Shown piece by piece: positions 43,297-54,271 of a stretch of 64,000 nucleotides of DNA; positions within the stretch are counted from its first letter, which is position 1, and the number at the start of each line of letters is the position of its first letter. A program made the position numbers and the translations under genes. A model generated the notes under the pieces. The model was not told the DNA's origin and did not search any database. It saw only the letters and a list, made by a program, of their open reading frames with translations. The stretch comes from an uncultured Gemmatimonadales bacterium (GTDB lineage: Bacteria; Gemmatimonadota; Gemmatimonadetes; Gemmatimonadales; GWC2-71-9). The stretch lies in NCBI GenBank assembly GCA_963730185.1, contig CAVSQW010000006.1:384001-448000 (forward strand). The letters are read 5' to 3'.

Positions 43297-46200
43297 TGTT
43301 CGGCGCCCTCTTCCGGTACGAGCTCCGGTACCATCTCAGTCGTCCGATCACCTGGCTTTACTTCGCGCTCTTCACCGCCGGATCGTTCGCGCTTGCCGGG
43401 TCCGACGTGATCCAGCTCGTAGGCGGCACCGGCCAGGTGATGCGCAACGCCCCCTGGGTGATCGTCCGGGCGATGCAGCTCGTGGCGACGGTGGGTCAGA
43501 TCGTCGTCGCCGGCCTGATCGGGAGCTCGATCCTCCGCGACTACGAATACCAGACGCACGAGCTCGTCTTCACCACCCGGATCAGCCGGTTTGCCTACCT
43601 GGGCGCGCGCTTCAGCGGCGGATTCGTGGTGATGGTGTTCGTCCACCTCGGCATTCCCCTCGGTCTCGCGCTCGGCACGCTGATGCCGGGGATCGATCCG
43701 GCCAAGCTCCTGCCGCTGAACCCGGCGGCGTACCTGGTGCCGTTCGTGGGGTTGGTGGTGCCGATGATTCTGGTGCTCTCGGCGATCTACTTCGCGGTCG
43801 GCGCCTTCACCCGGAGCGCCTTCGCGGTCCACACTCAGGGGATCGTGCTGTTCGTCGCCTGGCTGATCGCCCAGACCCTGATCGGCAGTCTGAACGACAT
43901 GAGGCTGGCCGGGTTGCTGGATCCGATCGGCTCGGCGCCCTACCTGATCGCCACCCGCTACTGGACGGTGGTCGAGAAGAACACCCAGATCGCGCCGTGG
44001 GGCGGGCTCCTGCTCGCCAACCGCCTGCTCTGGACCGGCGTGGCGCTCGCGATCGTGGCCCTCACCTTCGCCTTCTTCCGGTTCCGGGCGGCACCCCCCA
44101 CGATCGGCCGGCGCCGCAAGGTCGTTGCGGAGACACGGGAGGCCCCGGCCTTCAGCCTCGGGGCGCCCGACCAACGGTTCGATCGGCGGGCCTGGTGGCG
44201 GCAAGCCCGCTCGACCGCGGGGCTCACCTTCTGGGGCATCGTCCGTCAGGTCTCCTTCGCGGTCATCGTCACGATCGGCCTCGTCAACCTCGGGATCGCG
44301 GCGGCCTATGCGGAGACCATCTTCGGGCAGAAGGTCTGGCCGGTCACCTACACCGTGGTCGAAGTGCTCGACGGACAGTTCTTCCTCTTCTTCGTGGTCC
44401 TGATCGCCCTCTACGCCGGCGATACCGTGTGGCGGGAGCGGGAGCTTCGGTGCGACCAGATCGTGGACACCCTTCCCGCCCCGACCGGAGCGCGGGTGCT
44501 CGGCAGTCTGACCGGTCTGATCCTGGTACAGATCGCCGTGCTGGTGATCCTCGCGGCGGCCGGCATCGTGTTCCAGGCGGCCACCGGATACTTCCACTTC
44601 GAGCTCCCGCTCTACTTCGAGTTCCTGTTCGGGACGCTCCTCCCTTCCCTGATTCAGCTGACCGTGTTCGCGGTGGCGGTTCACGTTCTGGTCGACCACA
44701 AGTACCTGGGCCACGCGCTGGTGATCCTGGCCTTCGTGCTCCGGATCGCGGCGCCGAGGCTCGGATTCGAGCACCCGCTCTTTCAATTCGCCAAGGCGGC
44801 CCCGTTCCGCTACTCCGACATGAACGGCTTCGGCCCGTACGTGCCGGGGCTCTTCTGGAACGCGCTCTACTGGAGCGGCGTGGCCGGGCTGCTGGGCGTG
44901 GGGGCGTATCTCCTCTGGGTGCGGGGCACCGACACGCCCTGGCGGATGCGGCTCCGGGAGGCGGGCCGCCGCTGGCGGGGGCCGGTGCGTCCGCTCGCCG
45001 GAGCGTGCCTGCTGGTGACGCTCGGCGCCGGCGGCGTGGTGTTCTACAACGCCAATGTGCTCAACCACTACCATCCGGCGTCCTATGCCCGGCGGCTGGC
45101 CGCCGAGTACGAGCGGGTCTACCGGCCGATGACCCGGATTCCGACCCCGAAGCTGGTGGACGTCGATGCCCGGGCCGACCTCGAGCCGGAGCACCTCGCG
45201 TTCGGGGTCAGCGGCACGTTCACCTACGTGAACGAACAGCCGAGCCCGATCGACACCATCCTGGTCTCGATGTTCGCGTCCCGCGAGCTCCGGGTGGACA
45301 GCATGGGCTGGGGCCGGCCGGCGACTTTGGTGACGGACGACTCCACCCACGGTGCCCGACTCTACCGGCTCGACCCGCCGCTCGCCCCGGGCGATACCGT
45401 TCGGCTCCGCTATCGCGCGCACTATCGAGCCCGCGGCTTTCCGATCGGTGGACCGGACACGGCGGCCGCGCAGATCGGCATCCGAAACGCGATCTCGGGC
45501 AACGGCTCGTTCCTCAGCTTCCAGTACTTCCCGTTCGTCGGATACCTGACCTGGCGCGAGCTGGAGTCGGACGCGGAGCGGCGGAAGGAGGGCCTGGCGC
45601 CCAAGGTGCGGGCCGCGCCGATCGACGACGACTCGGCCCGGGCGGTGACCTACCTGGGGATCAACGCCGACTGGATCAGCTTTCACGGCACCGTGAGCAC
45701 GGCGCCCGACCAGATCGCGATCGCCCCGGGATACCTGGTCCGCGAGTACCAGGAGAACGGGCGCCGGGTATTCGAGTACCGCTCGGACGAGCCGATGCTG
45801 GCCTTCTATTCCTTCCTTTCGGCGCGATACCAGGTGAAGCGCGACACGGCCGGCGGGATCGCCCTCGCGGTCTACTACCACAAGGGCCACGAGTTCAACG
45901 TGGACCGGATGATGGCGGCGATGAAGGACGCGCTGGCCGACTATTCGGCCCGATTCGGGCCCTATCAGTTCAAGCAGCTCCGGATCATCGAATTTCCGCG
46001 CTACTCCCAGTTCGCCCAGTCCTTCCCCAACACCGTGCCGTTCTCGGAGAACATCGGGTTCATCCTTCGGGCCGGACACCGCAACGACGACATCGACACG
46101 CCGTACTACGTGACCGCCCACGAAACCGCGCACCAGTGGTGGTTCCATCAGGTCATCGGCGGCAACGTCCAGGGCGCCACCATGCTGTCCGAGTCCCTGG

Positions 46201-46904
46201 CCAACTACTCGGCGCTGGTTCTGATGGAGAAGACCTTCGGCCTGAACAACGTGCGGAAATTCCTGCTCCAGCAGCTCGATTCCTATCTGGTGGGCCGGGG
46301 ACGGGAAGCCAAGGCCGAGCGGCCGCTGATGCTGGTGGAGAACCAGTCGTACATCCACTACAACAAGGGCTCGCTCGCGCTCTACGCCCTCCGCGACCTG
46401 ATCGGCGACGAGGCGATGAACCGGGCGCTGTCGCGGTTCGTGAAAGACAAGGCGTTCCAGAAGCCCCCGTTCACCACCAGCCGGGAGCTGCTCGGCTATC
46501 TGGAGGCCGAGACGCCGGACTCGGTGCGGTACGTGCTCGATGATCTCTTCCGGACGATCACGCTCTGGGACGACGCCGTCGAGGAGGCGACCGCCACCCG
46601 CCGCCCGGACGGCCGGTACGACGTGGCCATCCAGGTCCGCGCCGCCAAGGCGCGGGCCGACAGTCTGGGAAACGAGCACCGGGTGCCGATCGCCGATCTG
46701 ATCGACATCGGGGTGTTCGGGGAGCCGGCGCCGGGATACAGCCTCGGCAAGCCGCTCTACCTGGAGAAGCAGTGGATCCGGACGGCGGACACCACCTTCC
46801 ACGTCGTGGTCGACGGGCTCCCGCGGAAGGCCGGGATCGACCCCTACGACAAGCTCATCGACCGAAACCCGCGGGACAACGTGATGACCGTCGGACTCAA
46901 GTGA
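43293..46904 (+). CDS. ABC-2 type permease fused to an M1 family aminopeptidase domain
   Basis: Many N-terminal TM segments; C-terminal FAQSFP, AHETAHQWW, LSESLANY, YNKGS. Confidence 0.88.
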   Translation: MMFGALFRYELRYHLSRPITWLYFALFTAGSFALAGSDVIQLVGGTGQVMRNAPWVIVRAMQLVATVGQIVVAGLIGSSILRDYEYQTHELVFTTRISRFAYLGARFSGGFVVMVFVHLGIPLGLALGTLMPGIDPAKLLPLNPAAYLVPFVGLVVPMILVLSAIYFAVGAFTRSAFAVHTQGIVLFVAWLIAQTLIGSLNDMRLAGLLDPIGSAPYLIATRYWTVVEKNTQIAPWGGLLLANRLLWTGVALAIVALTFAFFRFRAAPPTIGRRRKVVAETREAPAFSLGAPDQRFDRRAWWRQARSTAGLTFWGIVRQVSFAVIVTIGLVNLGIAAAYAETIFGQKVWPVTYTVVEVLDGQFFLFFVVLIALYAGDTVWRERELRCDQIVDTLPAPTGARVLGSLTGLILVQIAVLVILAAAGIVFQAATGYFHFELPLYFEFLFGTLLPSLIQLTVFAVAVHVLVDHKYLGHALVILAFVLRIAAPRLGFEHPLFQFAKAAPFRYSDMNGFGPYVPGLFWNALYWSGVAGLLGVGAYLLWVRGTDTPWRMRLREAGRRWRGPVRPLAGACLLVTLGAGGVVFYNANVLNHYHPASYARRLAAEYERVYRPMTRIPTPKLVDVDARADLEPEHLAFGVSGTFTYVNEQPSPIDTILVSMFASRELRVDSMGWGRPATLVTDDSTHGARLYRLDPPLAPGDTVRLRYRAHYRARGFPIGGPDTAAAQIGIRNAISGNGSFLSFQYFPFVGYLTWRELESDAERRKEGLAPKVRAAPIDDDSARAVTYLGINADWISFHGTVSTAPDQIAIAPGYLVREYQENGRRVFEYRSDEPMLAFYSFLSARYQVKRDTAGGIALAVYYHKGHEFNVDRMMAAMKDALADYSARFGPYQFKQLRIIEFPRYSQFAQSFPNTVPFSENIGFILRAGHRNDDIDTPYYVTAHETAHQWWFHQVIGGNVQGATMLSESLANYSALVLMEKTFGLNNVRKFLLQQLDSYLVGRGREAKAERPLMLVENQSYIHYNKGSLALYALRDLIGDEAMNRALSRFVKDKAFQKPPFTTSRELLGYLEAETPDSVRYVLDDLFRTITLWDDAVEEATATRRPDGRYDVAIQVRAAKARADSLGNEHRVPIADLIDIGVFGEPAPGYSLGKPLYLEKQWIRTADTTFHVVVDGLPRKAGIDPYDKLIDRNPRDNVMTVGLK

Positions 46905-47178
46905 GCGCCGGCTCCGAGCCATCACCGTACCGCAGCACGGCACCGCGCGGGCCGCGGTGCCCCGGAAGCACCTCCCTCCTCCCGAGATGACGGCTGGGAG
47001 GAGGTCCGGATTACCCCCGGCAGCGACACCAGCGTCGAGACGCTGCTCGCCAGGGCAGGCAAGGGGAAGTAGGAGGCACGGCGGCGTCGAAAGGAACCGA
47101 GTGGCGGTGGTTGTTGACGAAGTGTCGCTTGCCCACGACATTCCCGCTCACACCATCGCCCACTCATTCGAGCGCACC

Positions 47179-48876
47179 ATGCCCGAGCGTCTTGGACTTC
47201 TCGCCGCCGCCATTCTCGCGGTCGGTTACCCGAACGCGGCCTCGGCCCAGTACATCGTCGGCGAGCGGGACAGCCAGGCGCTCCGGGTCGACAGCGTCTT
47301 CCGGGCGTTCGACCGGACCGACGCCCCCGGCTGCGCCCTCGGTGTCTATCAGGACGGGAAAGTCCGGTACGCCCGGGGCTACGGGATGGCCAGCCTCGAG
47401 CACTTCGTCCCGATCTCCCCGCGGACGGCGCTCGACGTCGGCTCGATCTCGAAGCAGTTCACCGCCATGTCCGTCCTGATCCTCGTCAAGGAGGGCAAGC
47501 TCTCCCTCGACGATCCGATCCGGAAACAGTTCCCGGAGCTCCCGGCATACGCGGACGGGATCACCTGGCGCCGAGCCCTCAGTCAGACGAGCGGGTTGCG
47601 GGACCTGTGGAGCATGTGGGGGCAGACCGGGCGGACTTTCGCGGGCGACACGATCGACGCGCTCCACATCATCGCCAAGTCGGCGCGCGCCAACTACGAG
47701 CCGGGCGACCACTACCTCTACACCAACACCGGCTGGATCCTGGCGGCGCAGCTGGTCTACCGGCTGACCGGCAAGACCCTCGCGGAGTTCGCCAAGGAGC
47801 GGATCTTCACCCCGCTCGGGATGCGGGACACCCGCTACCTCTCCAACCGCGAGGCGGTGATCCCGAACCTGGCGGAGAGCTACGCGCCCGTGGGGACCGG
47901 GTTCGAGGTCCGGCGTAACAGCTACGACGGCGCCATCATGGGGGCGGGCGGGATCCACACCACGGTCCTGGACTTCGGCCGCTGGCTCGACAACTACGAC
48001 CAGGCCACGGTCGGCGGACCCGACATCATCCGGACCATGACGACGCCGACGCAGCTCAACGACGGCTCACCGGCGTGGACGGGGCCGGACCTGGCGTACG
48101 CGATCGGGCTCACGGTGGGGACGCTACGCGGTCTCCGGGTGGTGGCGCACGGCGGCGTCTGGGGAGGGTTCCGGGGCCACTTCCTCCGCTTCCCCGATCA
48201 GCGGTTCGGGGTCGCGACCTTCTGTAACCTGACGACCTCGGGACCGGATTCCCTGGCGCGGAAGGTGGCCGCCATCTACCTCGGCGACCGGATGCAGGCC
48301 GACACCGCGGCGGCGTGGGCCGAGGCGCTGGCGGCGGAGCCCTTGGTCGCGCGCTCCGCCGAGAGCCTGCGTGGGCTGGTCGGGGTGTGGCGGAACGTGG
48401 AGCTCGGCCAGGTGCGCCGCATCCGGCTGGCGGGCGACACGCTCGTCTCGGACGGCAACCGGCCGACGCCCTACGAGCCGCTCGCGGGCGGCCGATTCCG
48501 CTTCGGCCACGGCGCCGAGGTACGGTTCGAGGGGGATCCGGCGGCGCCCTCGAGCATGATCGTGCGCACGACGGGGGGCATGGAGACGTTTTCGCGGGCG
48601 GACACCGCCCAACTCGACCCGGCGAAGCTGGCCGAGTACGCCGGCGATTACCGGAACGACGAGGTGGAGGCGACCCAGACCTGGAAGATCGAGGACGGGA
48701 AGCTGGTCATGTACGTGGGCTATCGGAAGCTCGGCGCTCTGGAGCCGAGCTACCAAGACGGCTTTACCCGGGGCGGGAGTGTGATCGACATCGTTCGGGA
48801 CAAACGCGGGCGGATCACGGGCTATCTGGTGGAGGCTGGGCGCGTTAGGCACTTGCGGTTCACCCGGCTCCGATAG
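47179..48876 (+). CDS. Secreted serine hydrolase, beta-lactamase family
   Basis: Signal peptide, GSISKQF (SxxK), YTN, AHGG. Confidence 0.9.
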   Translation: MPERLGLLAAAILAVGYPNAASAQYIVGERDSQALRVDSVFRAFDRTDAPGCALGVYQDGKVRYARGYGMASLEHFVPISPRTALDVGSISKQFTAMSVLILVKEGKLSLDDPIRKQFPELPAYADGITWRRALSQTSGLRDLWSMWGQTGRTFAGDTIDALHIIAKSARANYEPGDHYLYTNTGWILAAQLVYRLTGKTLAEFAKERIFTPLGMRDTRYLSNREAVIPNLAESYAPVGTGFEVRRNSYDGAIMGAGGIHTTVLDFGRWLDNYDQATVGGPDIIRTMTTPTQLNDGSPAWTGPDLAYAIGLTVGTLRGLRVVAHGGVWGGFRGHFLRFPDQRFGVATFCNLTTSGPDSLARKVAAIYLGDRMQADTAAAWAEALAAEPLVARSAESLRGLVGVWRNVELGQVRRIRLAGDTLVSDGNRPTPYEPLAGGRFRFGHGAEVRFEGDPAAPSSMIVRTTGGMETFSRADTAQLDPAKLAEYAGDYRNDEVEATQTWKIEDGKLVMYVGYRKLGALEPSYQDGFTRGGSVIDIVRDKRGRITGYLVEAGRVRHLRFTRLR

Positions 48877-48953
48877 GGGAGGTGAGAGTCGGGGCCAAGG
48901 CTGGCCGACCGTCCGTGGAACGGTTCCGTGACCGAGCACACCTCAAGAGACGG

Positions 48954-49037
48954 CAACCGCAGAGGGCGCTGAGGACGCAGAAGTACAACGATGCCTCCGC
49001 GCCCTCAGCGTACTCAGCGGTTGATCAGTTGTTGTTG
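48954..49037 (+). repeat. Hairpin repeat element copy 4
   Basis: CAACCGCAGAGGGCGCTGAGGACGCAGAA-GTACAACGATGC-CTCCGCGCCCTCAGCGTACTCAGCGGTTGATCAGTTGTTGTTG. Confidence 0.85.
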
Positions 49038-49127
49038 CCGCTGCGCCGAAATCCACGACCCCTACGGTCCCCATTTCGCGCGTGATCGCCCTTGACGCTC
49101 TCCCACCCCGTCCTCACCTTTTCGCGC

Positions 49128-49325
49128 ATGATCGCGGTGATCAGGCGGATCGGAGCGGGGCTCGCGCTCGCCATCTTCGCGGCCCAGGCCGCGGCGGGCG
49201 CGAGCTTGTGCTGCCTCTCCAGCACCCGCGGCGAGGTGGTGGCACCGGCGCAGTCGGGGCCGAGCCACCACCACGCCCCTGATCGGGAGCCGGCCGGGCG
49301 CCACCAGCACGCCAGCCAGTGCTGA
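49128..49325 (+). CDS. Small His/Cys-rich exported hypothetical protein (possibly truncated)
   Basis: Hydrophobic N-terminus, LCC, SHHH, RHQHASQC*. Confidence 0.35.
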   Translation: MIAVIRRIGAGLALAIFAAQAAAGASLCCLSSTRGEVVAPAQSGPSHHHAPDREPAGRHQHASQC

Positions 49326-49557
49326 GGGTCGGCTCGGGCCGCTCTGTCTCGTGGCGCAAGAGCACGTCCTTCCCCTGCCGCTCGCGCCGCCTCTCTTCCA
49401 GTAGGATCACCCGCTCCACCGCTCCAACGGCTTCGCCCGGGCGGGCCGGTCGTGGCGGAGCTCGAGGCCGCTTCGTTCGCGCCGGCGATCATCGCGCGCA
49501 GCGAGGGCACCCGGCGCGCGGGGCAATGACCGCGCCAATCACCGCAGGGGACCGAAC

Positions 49558-50313
49558 ATGTCCGACACAACGTCGCTTTCGAAGCTGCTGACCTTCTTGA
49601 TCGCCGTGGCGATCTTCGAGTGGTGGGAGCGCACCCGCCCGAGTCGTCGGCTCGACCCGCGTTACCACCTCCGCCTCAATCTGCTGGCTTTCGCGGTCGT
49701 GCTGGTGGCGGGAGCCCTCTGGCCCAAGCTGCTGGTACCCTTGTTCGAGCGGCTCGATCTCCAAGCGGCGTTCACGGGCCTCGGGGCGCTCCGGAGCCTC
49801 CCCAGCGTGGCGAAGGTCGCGCTCGGGCTCGTGCTGGCGGACTTCAGTCTCTACTGGGTCCACCGGTGGATGCATGGGCCGGCCTGGCTCTGGCGCGCCC
49901 ACCAGTTCCACCACAGCACCGAGCAGCTCAACTGGTTCTCGGGCGCCCGGACGAGCGTCGTGCACCTCCTGCTGTTCGCGATCCCCCAGGTCCTCATCGC
50001 CTACTATCTGCTCGACGTGTCGGCGTGGGAGGCCGCGATCGGGTTCTCGATCGGGGTGGTGGTGAACCTCTGGGTCCACACCAACATCTCGGTGAACCTG
50101 GGACCGCTCGAGTGGCTGATCATCACACCCGACTTCCACCGGGTGCACCATGCGAGGGACATCCTGCCGTCCAAGAACATTGGGTTCATGCTCACGATCT
50201 GGGACCGGCTGTTCGGTACCTATCTCGACCCGCACGCGCTCGCCAACGACTATCCGCTCGGTCTGGCCGAGGATCAGCCGGCCGTGAGCGGGCGGATGAT
50301 CGCGGGGGTCTGA
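49558..50313 (+). CDS. Sterol desaturase / fatty acid hydroxylase family protein
   Basis: YWVHRWMH, HQFHHS, WVHTN, FHRVHH, WDRLFGT. Confidence 0.92.
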   Translation: MSDTTSLSKLLTFLIAVAIFEWWERTRPSRRLDPRYHLRLNLLAFAVVLVAGALWPKLLVPLFERLDLQAAFTGLGALRSLPSVAKVALGLVLADFSLYWVHRWMHGPAWLWRAHQFHHSTEQLNWFSGARTSVVHLLLFAIPQVLIAYYLLDVSAWEAAIGFSIGVVVNLWVHTNISVNLGPLEWLIITPDFHRVHHARDILPSKNIGFMLTIWDRLFGTYLDPHALANDYPLGLAEDQPAVSGRMIAGV

Positions 50314-50444
50314 CCGGGGTGACATCCTGGCCTCGACCCATGGCGCCCGCGCTGGCCCGGCGGCATATTCGCCCTTCAGCTTCGCGCAGCATGGACATCT
50401 CCGCCACGAAAGCGTCATCGCCGCGTCGGCGTCAGGGGGAAGAC

Positions 50445-50909
50445 ATGAGGATTACTATCGCTTCCGTGGTCGCACTGCTGGCCTCGGCTCTTCCCACCGT
50501 GGCGCTGGCGCAGGCCGGTCCGCCCCAGGTCACCTTCCTCACGTCCGGGGAGACGACCAAGCTCAACCTGCCCTTCTCGGAGGCGGTGCGGGTCGGAAAC
50601 GTCCTCTACCTGTCCGGCAACGTCGGGAACAAGCCCGGCACCAACCAGCTGGTTCCGGGCGGCACCGAGGGCCAGACCCGACAGGCGCTCGAGAACATCA
50701 AGACCGTGCTGGAGCGCTACGGCTCGTCGATGGACCGGGTGTTCAAGTGCACGGTGATGATGGCGGACATCTCCGAGTGGGGGAAGATGAACGCGGTCTA
50801 CGTGACGTTCTTCAAGCAGCACTTTCCGGCCCGGAGCGCGATCGGCGCGTCCGGTCTGGCGCTCGGCGCGGCAGTCGAGATCGAGTGCCTGGCCACGGTG
50901 GGACCCTGA
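50445..50909 (+). CDS. RidA/YjgF family protein with a signal peptide
   Basis: PFSEAVRVGNVLYLSG, MNAVY, FPARS, VEIEC; N-terminal ALAQA cleavage-like site. Confidence 0.88.
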   Translation: MRITIASVVALLASALPTVALAQAGPPQVTFLTSGETTKLNLPFSEAVRVGNVLYLSGNVGNKPGTNQLVPGGTEGQTRQALENIKTVLERYGSSMDRVFKCTVMMADISEWGKMNAVYVTFFKQHFPARSAIGASGLALGAAVEIECLATVGP

Positions 50910-50947
50910 ACGGGGGTTTCCCAGCCACGGGCCATGGAGAAGTCCTC

Positions 50948-51463
50948 ATGGTTTGCCTTAGGAGAGTGGCGGTGACCGGCGGAGTTGTGGCGATGGCGTC
51001 CGCCTGCGCCCAACCGGGCACGGTTCACTATCGTCGGATCGAGCCGAGGCCCTCCCGGGTCACGGTTCCGCCTCCCCCGGCCTCCTGGCTGGGATCGCCG
51101 GAGCGCCCCCGAACGGCGGCGATCGTCGGCACGGTATTCGACTGCCGCGGCCAGGCCGTCAGCGCGCTCCTCCGGGTCCGCCGGGACGCCGAGCCGGCCG
51201 ACACCCTCAGTCTCCGGGCTCCTGAGGGACAGTTCACGATCGGACCGCTGGCGCCCGGCACGATAGCCGTGGATGTGCTCGCCCCGTTCGCGACCCGCCG
51301 CACCTGGCATCGGTCCGTGGTCCCGGGACGTCTGGATACGGTCGCCGTTCGCCTGTCAGACGACGAACTTGGACTTGCCATCGAGGACTGCTGGCAGAGC
51401 GGCAAACGCTTCGAGCCCTGCCCCGCGCGAACCGCCTATAGCTGCCCGGTCGAGCCCATCTGA
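50948..51463 (+). CDS. Hypothetical lipoprotein with a carboxypeptidase-regulatory-like beta domain
   Basis: Lipobox ASAC; IVGTVFD, GQFTIGPLAPG. Confidence 0.55.
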   Translation: MVCLRRVAVTGGVVAMASACAQPGTVHYRRIEPRPSRVTVPPPPASWLGSPERPRTAAIVGTVFDCRGQAVSALLRVRRDAEPADTLSLRAPEGQFTIGPLAPGTIAVDVLAPFATRRTWHRSVVPGRLDTVAVRLSDDELGLAIEDCWQSGKRFEPCPARTAYSCPVEPI

Positions 51464-51551
51464 GCATGGCCCGGCCCGGAGCCGAGGACGTGCAGTTGAC
51501 GGCCCGTCGGCCGCCCCGTAGCTATCAAGCAGCCCCTCAATCGAGGCTCCG

Positions 51552-52016
51552 ATGAATCTGCTGGTGAACGGCAACACCGTTTCGGTCGACGCGCCGCCCC
51601 AGATGCCGTTGCTCTGGGCCCTTCGCGACCTGGCCGGCCTGACCGGGACCAAGTTCGGCTGCGGGATCGCCCAGTGCGGCGCCTGCACCGTCCATGTCGA
51701 CGGCCGGCCGGTCCGGTCGTGCTCGGTCACGGTCGGCTCGCTCGCGGGCCGGTCGATCACCACGATCGAAGGGCTCGCGGCCGGCGGGAGCGACCACGCG
51801 GTGCAGCGGGCCTGGCTCGAGCTCAACGTGCCGCAGTGCGGGTACTGCCAGGCGGGCCAGCTGATGAGCGCCGCCGCGCTGCTCGACCACAACCCCAACC
51901 CGACCGACGCGGACATCGACCAGGCGATGCAGGGGAACCTCTGCCGGTGCGGCACCTACATCCGCATCCGGCAGGCGATTCACCGGGCCGCCGAGCTGAA
52001 GAGGGGGGCCCGATGA
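51552..52016 (+). CDS. iorA: Isoquinoline 1-oxidoreductase alpha-like 2x[2Fe-2S] subunit
   Basis: [31 protein letters not shown]. Confidence 0.9.
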   Translation: MNLLVNGNTVSVDAPPQMPLLWALRDLAGLTGTKFGCGIAQCGACTVHVDGRPVRSCSVTVGSLAGRSITTIEGLAAGGSDHAVQRAWLELNVPQCGYCQAGQLMSAAALLDHNPNPTDADIDQAMQGNLCRCGTYIRIRQAIHRAAELKRGAR

Positions 52017-54256
52017 GCACCGAGAGACTGGAAGGCGCCGGGCTCGACCGCCGCGGGTTCCTGGCGGTGAGCGTCGCGGTCGGGGGCGGGCTCCTGATGC
52101 AGGTGGCCTGCCGGCGCCCGGAGGAAGCCGCGGCGCCGGCGGCGGCGGGTCCCCAGGCCGAGACCACCCCGTCGCTGTTCATCCGGATCGCGCCCGACGA
52201 CACCGTGTCGGTCACGATCCCCAAGTCCGACATGGGGCAAGGCACCCGCACCATGCTCGCGGCGCTGGTGGCGGAGGAGCTGGACGCCGACTGGGCCCGG
52301 GTCCAGGCCGAGGCGGCGGTGTTCGATCACCGGCTGGGTACCCAGGGCACCGGTGGGAGTAGCTCCGTGCTCGAAACGCATGAGCGCCTCCGGACCGCCG
52401 GGGCCACGATGCGGCAAATGCTGGTGGCCGCGGCCGCGACCAAGCTGGCCGTGGCGGCCACCGAGCTCACCACCGGCGATTCCCAGGTGACCCACGCCGC
52501 AAGCAACCGGTCGCTCCGCTACGGCGAGCTGGCGGAGGCCGCGGCCGGGCTCCCAGTGCCGACCCAAATCACCCTCCGCACGCCGGCCGAGTGGAAGCTC
52601 CTCGGCAAGGAGGGGATTAAAGGCATCGACGTGCCCGCGATTACCCACGGCGAGGCCAAGTACGGGCTCGACGTCCGGCGGGACGGAATGCTGTTCGCGT
52701 CGGTGGAGCGGGCCACCACGTTCGGTGCCCGGGTCAAATCCTTCGACGCCTCGAAGGCCCTGCAGGTGCCGGGGGTCAAGCAGGTCGTCGAGATCAAGCC
52801 CAAGGCCGCCGGCACACCGGGTCAGGACGGAATTCACGCGGGCGTGGCGGTGGTCGCCACGAACACGTGGGCGGCGATGCAGGGCCGGAAGGCGTTGGTG
52901 ATCGACTGGGATCCCGGCGAGCACGCCGGCGAGAGCAGCACAGCGTACCTGGGGGCGATGCGGGCGGCGGTGGCCGAGACCGGCAAGGAGCTGGTCAACA
53001 AGATCGGTGATCCCGACGGTGTGATCGCCAAGTCGAACGACGTGCTGACGGCGGAATACGTGTTCCCGTTCCTGTCGCACGCCACGATGGAGCCGCAGAA
53101 CTGCACCGCCCAGTTCGCCAACGGGACGATGGAACTCTGGTCGCCGACCCAGTTCCCCGACTGGGCCACTACCGCGGTCGCCGCCGAGCTGGGGCTCAAG
53201 CCGGAGCGGGTCAAGGTCCACGTCACCCCGCTCATGGGCGGCGGGTTCGGGCGCCGGATCAATCCCGATTTTTCGATCGAGGCCGCGGTCGTGGCCAAAC
53301 AGGTGGGTGGGGCGCCGGTCCAGGTGGTCTGGACCCGGGAAGACGACATCCGCCATGACTTCTATCGTCCCTGCGCGGTGCACCGGCTGGACGGCGTGCT
53401 GGGGGCCGATGGCTACCCGGTGGCGATCCGGCACCGGCTCTCGACCCCGGCCATCGACGCGACCGGCGGGAAGACGGGCGAGTTCGGCGCCGGCGAGGCG
53501 GACGGCATCGGGAACCACGTCTATCGGGTCGCCAACCGGTCCACGGAGTACACCCTCCTCGACTCGGGCGTGCCGCGGGGCTGGTGGCGCGCGGTGAACA
53601 CGACCCACGGCGCCTTCGCGATCGAGTCGTTCATCGACGAGCTGGCGGAGAAGGCGGGGAAGGATCCGTACCAGTACCGGCTGGCGCTGAGCGACCGGTG
53701 GGTGGTCACCAATCCGAAGGACAGCACGGACTTCCCGTTCGATCCGGCCCGGTTCCGGGCCACCCTCACGCTGGCGGCCGAGAAGGCCGGCTGGAAGGAC
53801 CCGGTCCCGGCGGGCCGGGGACGAGGGATCGCCCAGAACGTGCCCGACCACCTGACCTACGCCGCCGTGGTGGTCGAGGCCTCGGTCGCGGCGGGCCGGG
53901 TCCGGGTACACCGGGTGGTGGTGGCGGTGGACCCAGGCCGGGTGCTCAATCCGGACGGCGCCCGGGCGCAGCTCCAGGGTGGCGTGGTCCAGGCGATGTC
54001 GGCGGCGCTGGGTGAGGCGATCACCATCGAGCGGGGCGCGGTCGTCGAAGGGAACTTCGACAAGTACCGGCTGCTCCGGATGGGCGAGGAGCCGACCGTG
54101 GTGGAGTGCTATTGGGTCGACCGGGACGACGTGCCGATCACCGGAATGGGTGAGCCGTCGGTGCCGCCGCTCTTCCCGGCGCTGGCCAGCGCGGTGGCCC
54201 GGGCAACGGGCAAGCGGCCCCGGCGGCTGCCCATGTATCCGTTAGCGGCAAGCTAG
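52013..54256 (+). CDS. iorB: Isoquinoline 1-oxidoreductase beta-like molybdopterin subunit, Tat-exported
   Basis: DRRGFL Tat motif, [33 protein letters not shown]. Confidence 0.88.
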   Translation: MSTERLEGAGLDRRGFLAVSVAVGGGLLMQVACRRPEEAAAPAAAGPQAETTPSLFIRIAPDDTVSVTIPKSDMGQGTRTMLAALVAEELDADWARVQAEAAVFDHRLGTQGTGGSSSVLETHERLRTAGATMRQMLVAAAATKLAVAATELTTGDSQVTHAASNRSLRYGELAEAAAGLPVPTQITLRTPAEWKLLGKEGIKGIDVPAITHGEAKYGLDVRRDGMLFASVERATTFGARVKSFDASKALQVPGVKQVVEIKPKAAGTPGQDGIHAGVAVVATNTWAAMQGRKALVIDWDPGEHAGESSTAYLGAMRAAVAETGKELVNKIGDPDGVIAKSNDVLTAEYVFPFLSHATMEPQNCTAQFANGTMELWSPTQFPDWATTAVAAELGLKPERVKVHVTPLMGGGFGRRINPDFSIEAAVVAKQVGGAPVQVVWTREDDIRHDFYRPCAVHRLDGVLGADGYPVAIRHRLSTPAIDATGGKTGEFGAGEADGIGNHVYRVANRSTEYTLLDSGVPRGWWRAVNTTHGAFAIESFIDELAEKAGKDPYQYRLALSDRWVVTNPKDSTDFPFDPARFRATLTLAAEKAGWKDPVPAGRGRGIAQNVPDHLTYAAVVVEASVAAGRVRVHRVVVAVDPGRVLNPDGARAQLQGGVVQAMSAALGEAITIERGAVVEGNFDKYRLLRMGEEPTVVECYWVDRDDVPITGMGEPSVPPLFPALASAVARATGKRPRRLPMYPLAAS

Positions 54257-54271
54257 CCGGGAGCGCCGACG

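Noticed and set aside
43251..47141. Very long antisense ORFs (e.g. 43251..47141, 28992..31571, 59994..62465, 31970..33898)
   Set aside because: These are shadow ORFs of real genes, caused by high GC3; they have no recognisable motifs.
49323..49325. In-frame TGA after Cys read as selenocysteine
   Set aside because: No recognisable selenoprotein family or convincing SECIS, and the downstream frame does not look protein-like.
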